Of a DNA stretch of 64,000 nt, positions 51,209 to 62,088 are shown piece by piece (position 1 is the stretch's first letter; every line of letters starts with the position of its first letter). Below the pieces are notes generated by a model. The model was not told the origin of the DNA and searched no databases. It was given only the letters and a program-made list of their open reading frames with translations. The position numbers and the translations under genes are program-made. This DNA comes from Squalus acanthias (lineage: Eukaryota), in assembly GCA_030390025.1 (NCBI GenBank), contig JASTWF010000344.1:1-64000 (forward strand), written 5' to 3'.

Positions 51209-54200
51209 TAGGGAGGAAAAAGAGTGGGAAAGCAATAGTGATAGGGGATTCTATCTTAAGGGGAACAAATAGATGTTTCTGTGGCCGCAGACGTGACTCC
51301 AGGATAGTATATTGCCTCCCTGGTGCCAGGGTCAAGGATCTCACTGAGCGGCTGCAGGACATTCTGAAGGGGAAGGGTGAACAGCCAGAGGTCGTGGTCC
51401 ATATCGGTACCAACGACATAGGTAGAAAGAGGGACGAGGTCCTGCAAGCAGAATATAGGGAATAGGAAATAAATTAAAAAGCAGGACCTCAAAGGTAGTA
51501 ATCTCAGGATTACTCCCAGTGCCACGTGCTAGCGAGAGCAGAAATAGGAGAATAGTCCAGATGAATGCACGGCTGGAGAGATGGTGTCAGAGAGAGGGGT
51601 TGAAATTCCTGAGGCATTGGGACCGATTCTGGGGAAGGTGGGACCTGTACAAGCTGGACGGGTTACACCTCGGCAGAAACGGGACCAACATCCTCGCAGG
51701 GGGGTTTGCTAGTGCTGTTGGGAAGGATTTAAACTAGTTTGTCAGGGGGCTGGGAACCTAAGTGTGGGCCCAGAATGGAGAGAAACAAAGCTGGAAGTGC
51801 AAGTTAGAAAAGTAATCAGCAAAACTTGTAGGGAGCAGAAACAAAGGCCAACAGTAAAGAGGGTCAAAGTGCAGAAAAATATTAAACAGGCAAAGTTGAA
51901 GGCACTTTATCTAAATGCACGTAGCATTCGCAACAAGGTGGATGAATTAATGGCACAAATAGAAGTAAATGGGTATGATGTAATTGCCATCACAGAGACA
52001 TGGTTGCAGGGTAACCAAAGCTGGGAACTGAATGTTCCAGGGTACTCAACATTTAGGAAGGACAGACAAAAAGGAAAAGGAGGTGGTGTAGCTCTGTTAA
52101 TAAGGGATGAGATCGATACGGTAGAGACAAAAGATCTTGGCTTGGCAGGTCGTGATGTAGAACTGGAATCAGTTTGGGTGGAGCTAAGAAACAGCAAAGG
52201 GCGGAAAACATTGGTGGGAGTTGTGTATAGGCCACCAAACAGTAATGGTAATGTAGGGCACAGTATCAATCAAGAGATTAGAAGTGCATGTAACAAGGGC
52301 AATATGGTAATCATGGAGGACTTTAATCTACATATTGACTGGGCAAATCAAATTACCACTAATGGTGTGGAGGACGAATTCTTGGAATGCATGCGAGATG
52401 GTTTCCTGGATCAGTATGTGGAGGAACCAACCAGGGAACAGGCTATTCTGGATCTGGTACTGTGTAATGAGAAAGGGCTAATCAATAATCTTGTGGTAAA
52501 GGGGCCGAAAGGGACAAGTGACCATAATATAATTGAATTTTACATTAAGTTTGAGAGTGATGTAGTCCAATCTGAAACCAAGCTCTTCAATCTAAACAGA
52601 GGAAACTACAAGGGTATGAGGGACAAGTTGGCCATGGTAGATTGGGAGACTACACTAAAAGGTATGAAGGTGGACATACAATGGCTAACATTCAAGGAAA
52701 TAATGCATAATTTGCAACAAACATATATTCCTCTAGGGCATAAAAACCCAAAAGGAAAAGTGATTCAACCATGGCTTACAAAAGAAATTAAAGCTGGTAT
52801 TAAGTCAATGGAGGAAGCTTATAAAGTTGCCAGAAAAAGCAGTCAGCCTGAGGATTGGGATCTTTTTAGAAATCAGCAAAGGGGGACCAAGAAATTGATA
52901 AAGAAAGGGAAAATGGAATATGAGCACAAACTAGCGAAAAATATAAAAACGGATTGTAAAAGCTTCTATGGGTATGTGAAAAGGAAAAGACTGGCGAAAG
53001 TAAATGTAGGTCCTTTACAGTCAGAGATGGGAGAATTTATAATGGGGAATGAGGAAATGGCAGAGAAATTAAATAAATACTTTGTTTCTGTCTTCACGGA
53101 GGAAGACACAAAAAACCTCCCAGAAATACGAGAAAGCAAAGGGTGTGACGAGAATGAGGAACTTAAAGAAATTATTATTAGTAAAAAAACAGTACTAGCA
53201 AAATTAATGGGACTAAAAGTCGATAAATCCCAAGGACCGGATGATCTACATCCTAGGGTTTTGAAAGAGGTGGCCATTGGAATAGTGGACGCATTGGTTG
53301 TCATCTTCCAAAATTCTATAGATTCTGGAACGGTTCCTGCAGATTGGAGGATAGCAAATGTAACCCCGCTATTTAAGAAAGGAGGGAGAGAAAAAACGGG
53401 GAACTACAGACCTGTTAGCCTCACATCAGTAGTTGGGAAAATGCTGGAATCTATTATAAAGGATGCAATAACTGAACACTTAGAAACTGATAGTAAGATT
53501 GGGCACAATCAACATGGATTTATGAAAGGGAAATCCTGTTTGACAAACCTACTGGAGTTCTTTGAGGATGTAACTAGTGGAGTAGACAAAGGGGAACCGG
53601 TAGATGTGGTGTATTTGGATTTTCAGAAGGCCTTCGATAAGGTCCCACACAAAAGATTGGTGAACAAAATTAGGGCACATGGAATTGGGGGTAATATACT
53701 AGCATGGATTGAGAATTGGTTAACAGACAGAAAACAAAGAGTAGGGATAAACGGGTCTTTTTCAGGATGGCAGGCTGTGACTAGTGGGGTACTGCAAGGA
53801 TCGGTGCTTGGGCCCCAGCTATTCACAATCTATATCAATGATTTGGATGAGGGGACTAAATGTAACATTTCCAAATTTGCTGATGATACAAAGCTAGATG
53901 GCAGTGTCAGTTGTGAAGAGGATGTGAAGAAGCTTCAAGGAGATCTCGACAGGCTCAGTGAGTGGGCGAGAACATGGCAGATGGAATATAATGTGGATAA
54001 ATGTGAAGTTATCCACTTTGGTAGAAAAAACAGAAAGGCAGAGTATTTCCTACATAGTGAAAGATTAGGGAATGCAGATGCTCAAAGGGACCTGGGTGTC
54101 CTTGACATGAGTCACTGAAAGTGAATGTGCAGGTGCAGCAAGCCATTAGGAAGGCAAATGGTATGCTGGCCTTCATTACAAGAGGATTTGAGTACAGGAG

Positions 54201-54795
54201 TAAAGAAGTCTTACTCCAATTATATAGGGCCTTGGTGAGACCACACCTGGAGTACTGTGTACAATTTTGGTCTCCTTACCTAAGGAAGGATATACTTGCC
54301 ATAGAGGGAGTGCAACGAAGGTTCATGAGATTGATTCCTGGGATGGCGGGACTGTCGTGTGAGAAGAGATTGAGTAAACTAGGCCTGTATTCTCTTGAAT
54401 TCAGAAGAATGAGAGGGGATCTCATTGAAGCATACAAAATTATTACAGGGCTTGATAGGGTGGATGCTGGGAGAATGTTTCCCTTGGCTGGGGAGTCTAG
54501 AACCAGGGGCCACAGCCTCAGGATAAAGGGTAGGCCATCAAGGACTGCGATGAGAAGAAATTTCTTCACACAGAGGGTGGTGAATCTTTGGAATTCTCTA
54601 CCCCAGAGGGCTGTGGCGGCTCAGTCATTGGGTATATTCAAAACAGAAGTCGATAGATTTCTGACTAGTAAGGGCATCAAGGGATATGGCGATAGGGCCG
54701 GTGAATGGAGTTGAGGCAGAAGATCAGCCATGATCTCATTGAATGGCGGAGCAGGCTCGAATGGCCGACTCCTGCTCCTATTTCTTATGTTCTTA
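51209..54795 (+). mobile_element. Young CR1 LINE (ORF1 esterase part + almost intact ORF2)
   Basis: VIGDSILRG, VHIGTNDIG and DGLHL in ORF1. ORF2 51764-54714 is broken by one frameshift near 54105. (ttcttatg) tail. Confidence 0.95.
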
Positions 54796-54796
54796 T

Positions 54797-55606
54797 ACAG
54801 TGACAGACCTGTACCCCCCAGGATTGAACCCCAGGGTTTCAGGGACTAACCTTTACCCACAGTGCTGAACCCCAGGGTTTCAGGGACTAACCTTTACCCC
54901 CCAGTGCTGAACCCCGGGGTTTCAGGGACTAACCTTTAACCCCCAGGACTGAACCCCGGGGTTTCAAGGACTAACCTTTAACCCCCAGTGCTGAACCCCG
55001 GGGTTTCAGGGACTAACCTTTACCCCCAGGACTGAACCCCGGGGTTTCAGGGACTAACCTTTACCCCCCAGTGCTGAACCCCGGGGTTTCAGGGACTAAC
55101 CTTTAACCCCCAGGACTGAACCCCGGGGTTTCAAGGACTAACCTTTAACCCCCAGTGCTGAACCCCGGGGTTTCAGGGACTAACCTTTACCCCCAGGACT
55201 GAACCCCGGGGTTTCAGGGACTAACCTTTACCCCCAGTGCTGAACCCCAGGGTTTCAGGGACTAACCTTTACCCCCAGGACTGAACCCTGGGGTTTCAGG
55301 GACTAACCTTTAACCCCCAGGACTGAACCCTGGGGTTTCAGGGACTAACCTTTACCCCCAGGACTGAACCCCGGGGTTTCAGGGACTAACCTTTACCCCC
55401 AGTGCTGAACCCCGGAGTTTCAGGGACTAACCTTTAACCCCACCAGTGCTGAACCCCGGAGTTTCAGGGACTAACCTTTAACCCCACCAGGACTGAACCC
55501 CGGGGTTTCAGGGACTAACCTTTAACCCCCCAGGACTGAACCCCGGGGTTTCAGGGACTAACCTTTACCCCCAGGACTGAACCCCGGGGTTTCAGGGACT
55601 AACCTG
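54797..55606. repeat. ~41-bp minisatellite (~19 copies) abutting KXD1 exon 1
   Basis: Unit gggactaacctttacccccaggactgaaccccggggtttca. Confidence 0.95.
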
Positions 55607-55790
55607 TATTTTCACTCCGGGATTATTTTATTTTCCGACCTGATCCGGGTCTCTCGCTCCTCCGGCGTCGCCCTGGAAACCGCACATGCGCAGCGCCGTT
55701 CTCAGTTGCGAACGAGGCATCACTTCCGGTTCGCCTGTTTTGCCGACATTGACCCCCCCCCCCCCGCCGGGGTCACTTCCGGTCAATTTT
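55604..55790 (-). promoter_or_regulatory. KXD1: Predicted KXD1 promoter and non-coding exon 1
   Basis: CpG-rich unique island; two ETS sites CACTTCCGGT (55721-55730, 55774-55783); NRF1-like GCACATGCGC (55682-55691); donor CAG|gttagt at 55603. Confidence 0.65.
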
Positions 55791-55805
55791 TTCCTTCGTC
55801 CACTC

Positions 55806-57176
55806 ACTGACCCCAAACTAATCCCACTGACCCCAAACCCAAACTAATCCCACTGACCCCAAACCCAAACTAATCCCACTGCCCCCAAACTAATCCCACT
55901 GCCCCCAAACCCAAACTAATCCCACTGACCCCAAACCCAAACTAATCCCACTGACCCCAAACCCAAACTAATCCCACTGACCCCAAACTAATCCCACTGA
56001 CCCCAAACTAATCCCACTGACCCCAAACCCAAACTAATCCCACTGACCCCAAACCCAAACTAATCCCACTGCCCCCAAACTAATCCCACTGACCCCAAAC
56101 TAATCCCACTGACCCCAAACCCAAACTAATCCCACTGACCCCAAACTAATCCCACTGACCCCAAACCCAAACTAATCCCACTGCCCCCAAACTAATCCCA
56201 CTGACCCCAAACTAATCCCACTGACCCCAAACTAATCCCACTGACCCCAAACCCAAACTAATCCCACTGCCCCGACCCCAAACCCAAACTAATCCCACTG
56301 CCCCGACCCCAAACCCAAACCCAAACTAATTCCACTGCCCCGCTCTCTCCCCATAGCCCTGTTTCAATCCCAAACTAATCCCACTGCCCCGCTCTCTCCC
56401 CATAGCCCTGTTTCAATCCCAAACTAATCCCACTGCCCCGCTCTCTCCCCATAGCCCTGGATCAATCCCAAACTAATCCCACTGCCCCGCTCTCCCCCCA
56501 TAGCCCTGTTTCAATCCCAAACTAATCCCACTGCCCCGCTCTCAGCCCATAGCCCTGTTTCAATCCCAAACTAATCCCACTGCCCCGCTCTCTCTCCATA
56601 GCCCTGTATCAATCCCAAACTAATCCCACTGCCCCGCTCTCTCCCCATAGCCCTGTATCAATCCCAAACTAATCCCACTGCCCCGCTCTCTCCCCATAGC
56701 CCTGTTTCAATCCCAAACTAATCCCACTGCCCCGCTCTCTCCCCATAGCCCTGTATCAATCCCAAACTAATCCCACTGCCCCGCTCTCCCCATGGCCCTG
56801 TATCAGTCCCAAACTAATCCCACTGCCCCGCTCTCTCCCCATAGCCCTGTTTCAATCCCAAACTAATCCCACTGCCCCGCTCTCTCCCCATAGCCCCGCT
56901 CTCTCCCCATAGCCCTGTTTCAATCCCAAACTAATCCCACTGCCCCGCTCTCTCCCCATGGCCCTGTATCAATCCCCAAACTAATCCCACTGCCCCGCTC
57001 TCCCCATGGCCCTGTATCAATCCCAAACTAATCCCACTGCCCCGCTCTCTCCCCATAGCCCTGTATCAATCCCAAACTAATCCCACTGCCCCACTCTCTC
57101 CCCATAGCCCTGTATCAATCCCCAAACTAATCCCACTGCCCCGCTCTCTCCCCATAGCCCTGTATCAATCCCAAAC
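55806..57176. repeat. Composite minisatellite: 20/26-bp units grading into 49-bp units
   Basis: actaatcccactgaccccaa(acccaa), then caatcccaaactaatcccactgccccgctctctccccatagccctgtat. Confidence 0.95.
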
Positions 57177-57300
57177 TTCAAATATTTATCCAATTTTCCA
57201 GTAGAATATGCCATGTTTTGTGCCTCAGCTACTCGCTGTAGCTCTGACAGCTGGCTGTGTGAAGACATTTCCCCTAATCTCTCTCCTCACTCAGTGACGG
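57177..57300 (-). mobile_element. Degenerate CR1 ORF2 C-terminal remnant
   Basis: Minus strand ..attaggggaaatgtcttcacacag..RVAEAQ..GKLDKYLK, running into the 49-bp repeat. Confidence 0.6.
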
Positions 57301-58233
57301 ATTTAAATTGATGGGCCCTCGTCACTGGAATAGTCATTCCCTATTGAGCCGCTTCCAACCCTTCATCACTTTAGCCCAGGAGAGGGAGCCTGGAGAACAC
57401 GGATGAAAAGTTCGAACGAAAGATTCGTGTCTTTTCCGAAATTCCACACTTTAGCTCTTTATTGCAGGATGGCAGATGATGATTTGATGAGCCTCCGATA
57501 AATCTTTCACTCTTTCAGTTGTGTAATGTATTATTTAAGATGATCCAGAATGTCTTTTCTGTGCAAGGCTCCTTCCGCAGATTGCATCACGTTCTCTGAC
57601 TGCTTGTGGTGAAATCCTTTGCTAATATTTCTCGATTCACCCTGTGGAGCTGCCCCTGAATCTCGCGGCCTGAACCTGAAGCTCACACAGAGCTCTGCAA
57701 TGTCCCGAGTGAGAATCCATTAAAACCCAAACCAAGGATTGTAGCAGGGGTTGAAACGGATCCCGCAGGGGCTGAGCTTTCTACTCGGGAGGTTTTACTG
57801 CAGCGATTGTGACAACTTTCTCCCCAGTCCTCCCTCTGTCCTGAAGGTGCGAGCTCTATTTCCCAAATCTCTATTGACCCGTTGTTTCTGGGATGTGAGG
57901 GAGAGGTAAAAGGGCCAGAGATTCAGAATGTAGAGTTCCTGCCCGACTTGCAGCCGGTGCCCATTCCCCGGGATGATCAGGAAGCGCCGAGTGAAAGGGG
58001 AACATTGAAACAATGGCCCAGATATCCCCCTCCCCCACCGACAGTCAAGATATCAGCAACCCTTACCCTGAATAAACACTGACTCTGTACAGTTACACAG
58101 TGAGTGACCCTTACCCTGAATAAACACTGACTCTGTACAGTTCATGATGTGGAGATGCCGGCGTTGGACTGGGGTGGACAAAAATGAGAAGTCGCACAAC
58201 ACCAGGTTATAGTCCAACAGATTTATTTAATTT

Positions 58234-58270
58234 TACAAGCTTTCGGAGCGGTTCGCTCCTTCCTCAGCTA
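58234..58270 (-). ncRNA. Minimal hammerhead motif (stem I mismatched)
   Basis: Minus strand: uag-CUGAGGA-a-ggagcg(aac)cgcucc-GAAA-gc-UU-gua. Confidence 0.55.
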
Positions 58271-58512
58271 GGGTAGCAGTGAGAGAATCTCCCAGAATTC
58301 ACAATTTAAACACAGAAAAAATCTATTCAAATCTTTCCCTACACAAATTGACAGGATATGCAGCCAGCAGGTGTTTTGACACGTTGGACCCCCTGGGACA
58401 CATCTCATTGTCTTGGCTGTGCTCTTAGTGTGTCTTTGATGTAGGGAAAGATTTGAATAGATTTTTTCTGTGTTTAAATTATGAATTCTGGGAGATTCTC
58501 TCACTGCTACCC

Positions 58513-58549
58513 TACCTGAGGAAGGCGCGAACCGCTCCGAAAGCTTGTA
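58513..58549 (+). ncRNA. Minimal hammerhead motif (one stem II mismatch)
   Basis: uac-CUGAGGA-a-ggcgcg(aac)cgcucc-GAAA-gc-UU-gua. Confidence 0.6.
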
Positions 58550-59799
58550 AAATTAAATAAATCTGTTGGACTATAACCTGGTGTTGTGCGACTTCTCATT
58601 TCTGTACAGTTACACTGTGAGTGACCCTTACCCTGAATAAACACTGACTCTGTACAGTTAGTGAGTGGCCCTTACCCTGAATAAACAGTGACTCTGTACA
58701 GTTACACAGTGGGTGACCCTTACCCTGAATAAACAGTGACTCTGTACAGTTACACAGTGAGTGACCCTTACCCTGAATAAAGTGACTCTGTACAGTTACC
58801 GTGAGTGACCCTTACCCTGAATAAACAGTGACTCTGTACAGTTACACAGTGAGTGACCCTTACCCTGAATAAACAGTGACTCTGTACAGTTACCGTGAGT
58901 GACCCTTACCCTGAATAAACAGTGACTCTGTACAGTTAGTGAGTGGCCCTTACCCTGAATAAATAGTGACTCTGTACAGTTAGTGAGTGGCCCTTACCCT
59001 GAATAAACAGTGACTCTGTACAGTTACACAGTGAGTGACCCTTACCCTGAATAAACAGTGACTCTGTACAGTTACACACTGAGTGACCCTTACCCTGAAT
59101 AAACAGTGACTCTGTACAGTTACACAGTGAGTGACCCTTACCCTGAATAAACAGTGACTCTGTACAGTTACAGTGAGTGACCCTTACCCTGAATAAACAG
59201 TGACTCTGTACAGTTACCGTGAGTGACCCTTACCCTGAATAAACAGTGACTCTGTACAGTTAGTGAGTGACCCTTACCCTGAATAAACAGTGACTCTGTA
59301 CAGTTACAGTGAGTGACCCTTACCCTGAATAAACAGTGACTCTGTACAGTTACCGTGAGTGACCCTTACCCTGAATAAACAGTGACTCTGTACAGTTACA
59401 CTGTGAGTGACCCTTACCCTGAATAAACACTGACTCTGTACAGTTAGTGAGTGACCCTTCCCCTGAATAAATAGTGACTCTGTACAGTTAGTGAGTGACC
59501 CTTACCCTGAATAAACAGTTACTCTGTACAGTTAGTTACACAGTGTGTAATCCTTACCCTGCTGAATATGACATTCAATAATCTAAGATGTGAGTTTTGA
59601 GGATGAAAGAAACAGATGCCAGACAGTACTAAATATGGATTTTATTTATTATTCTGAACAGAGAAACACACATCTACAAATACTTAATTCACTATTTAAA
59701 AGACATATATAGGATTGAATTATTAACTAACAGTCAACCAGTTTTAGTCAAACCTAAAATCAAGCCGTCTTAAGATAAATGCTCAAATGATATGTTGTA

Positions 59800-60525
59800 C
59801 TGCATATAATACGCTGCACATACCGAGTACACAGTGCGTATAATACGCTGCACATACCGCGTACAGTGCGTATAATACGCAGCACATACGCGTACAGTGC
59901 ATATAATACGCTGCACATACCGCATACAGTGCGTATAATACGCTGCACATACCGCATAGTGCGTATAATACGCTGCACATACTGCGTACACAGTGCGTAT
60001 AATACGCTGCACATACCGTGTACACAGTGCGTATAATACGCTGCACATACAGCATACAGTGCGTATAATACGCTGCACGCACCGCGTACACAGTGCGTAT
60101 AATACGCTGCACGTACCGCGTAGTGCGTATAATATGCTGCACATACCGCGTACAGTGCGTATAATACGCTGCACATACCGCGTACACAGTGCGTATAATA
60201 CGCTGCACATACGGCACACAGTGCGTATAATACGCTGCACATACGGCACACAGTGCGTATAATACGCTGCACGTACCGCGTACAGTGCGTATAATACACA
60301 GCACATACCGCGTACAGTGCGTATAATACACAGCACATACCGCATACAGTGCGTATAATACACAGCACATACCGCGTACAGTGCGTATAATACACTGCAC
60401 ATACTGCGTACAGTGCGTATAATACGCTGCACATACTGCGTACACAGTGCGTATAATACGCTGCACATACCGCGTACACAGTGCGTATAATACACTGCAC
60501 ATACCGCGTATAATACGCTGCACAT
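59800..60525. repeat. 32/34-bp palindromic minisatellite (~22 copies)
   Basis: Unit cagtgcgtataatacgctgcacataccgcgta(ca). Confidence 0.95.
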
Positions 60526-60934
60526 TCTGTGTATGTGTTGCCTAGAAAGCGCATCCTGTCTGCGTAAATACTCCGTACAGGCCATGTACACAGACAATGT
60601 GCATATGTGTATACCCTGCGTACGTGATGTGTACATGCTGCATTTATACTGTGTATAGGCTGGATATGTACTCTGTAAACAACATGTGTCTACGGACTAT
60701 AAGTTGCACAATTTAATAAATCTCTAATACATGAACAAATTGTAGTTTATTTTACACAAATATCAAAGATCTCCTAGTGGTTGAATTGTAGCCCATACTG
60801 AATTATTAATTCTAATTCTTAAAGTTAGGAATAAATACCATATGGATTGCTTGTCTAAACAATATTGAGAGTTCTAACACAAAATGTGGTTTTGATGATT
60901 GGAGCATTGTCTGATGGAGTGATCAGTGACCCGG

Positions 60935-61346
60935 GGTCTGGTGGAGAGGCAGTCTCCTAGTCCCAGGGTCTGGTGGAGAGGCAGTCTCCTAGTCCCAGGG
61001 TCTGGTGGAGAGGCAGTCTCCTAGTCCCAGGGTCTGGTGGAGAGGCAGTCTCCTAGTCCCAGGGTCTGGTGGAGAGGCAGTCTCCCAGTCCCAGGGTCTG
61101 GTGGAGAGGCAGTCTCCTAGTCCCAGGGTCTGGTGGAGAGGCAGTCTCCTAGTCCCAGGGTCTGGTGGAGAGGCAGTCTCCTAGTCCCAGGGTCTGATGG
61201 AGAGGCAGTCTCCTAGTCCCAGGGTCTGGTGGAGAGGCAGTCTCCCAGTCCCAGGGTCTGGTGGAGAGGCAGTCTCCTAGTCCCAGGGTCTGGTGGAGAG
61301 GCAGACTCCTAGTCCCAGGGTCTGGTGGAGAGGCAGTCTCCTAGTC
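60935..61346. repeat. 32-bp minisatellite (~13 copies)
   Basis: Unit ggtctggtggagaggcagtctcctagtcccag. Confidence 0.95.
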
Positions 61347-62088
61347 ATTCTCACTTGATCTTTTTAACCAGCGCTCGAGTGAGTTGATGACTTGCCTTGT
61401 GTTTGTACAGCCTGACATTGCATCCAGTGTGCAGTTTCTAGCTTATTTCAGCCCTCACAGAGGTGCAGTGACCAGACTGTGTGTGAATCCACTCTGTGGG
61501 TCGGAGGATTGGGGGTCAAGGGTCGGGGGGTCAGGTGATGGGGTCAGGGGTTAATGTGAATAATGGGGTTGGCTTCTGTTTGTTTTGGCGTTTTACAGCA
61601 AACAATTATTTCTGCGTGTTATGAAAATCCTAATGCAAGTGTGTAATTAGTACAAACAGTGTTGACCCTGAGAGTGTTGGCTCTGGGAAATGCTGAATTT
61701 TCCCGGTTCCAGGCTGCGATTGATTTTAACACAATTTGGCAAATGTGAGAAAAATTGGACAGTTGTCCATTGCCATTGGAAACAGCAAAGGAGCAAAAGA
61801 TTCAGGGGAGCGTCAAGCTCCAGACTAATAGTGAAATGGGGGTCCATGTACCCCAGCATTGATTCTACACCAGCATGAGACAGGAGGCAGGTACCTCAGA
61901 CAAAGCCCCACTCATCGCATCGAAGCCAAGGCAGGGACAGGGAAATACAAATGCAGAGAGATGTAAAGCGGGCTGCTGACTCACTCTCACCCGTTTTACA
62001 TGATTGCACAAAGTCAAAATTACCCTCCAGAGTGTCAGCAGGATATTCGACCAATGATAGATCACAGTCCGAGCCCAAACTGGGCAGC

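Larger units (their letters stand above)
58143..58600. mobile_element. Non-autonomous fold-back Penelope-like element
   Basis: 11-bp TSD tctgtacagtt (58132-58142 / 58601-58611); ~160-bp inverted arms; homologous to 4846-4970. Confidence 0.8.
58060..59560. repeat. 44-48-bp minisatellite
   Basis: Unit cccttaccctgaataaacagtgactctgtacagttacacagtgagtga. Confidence 0.95.
57531..60873 (-). other. Candidate 3' end of an unrecognised spliced gene (exons 60873-60839, 59582-59558, 57694-57531)
   Basis: GT-AG boundaries with compatible phases give one open frame ending in TAA, followed by AATAAA (57458-57463). No family recognised. Confidence 0.3.

Noticed and set aside
55806..56330. Interstitial telomeric repeat
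   Set aside because: Units are cccaaa/ctaatccc derived from the CR1-end satellite, not (CCCTAA)n.
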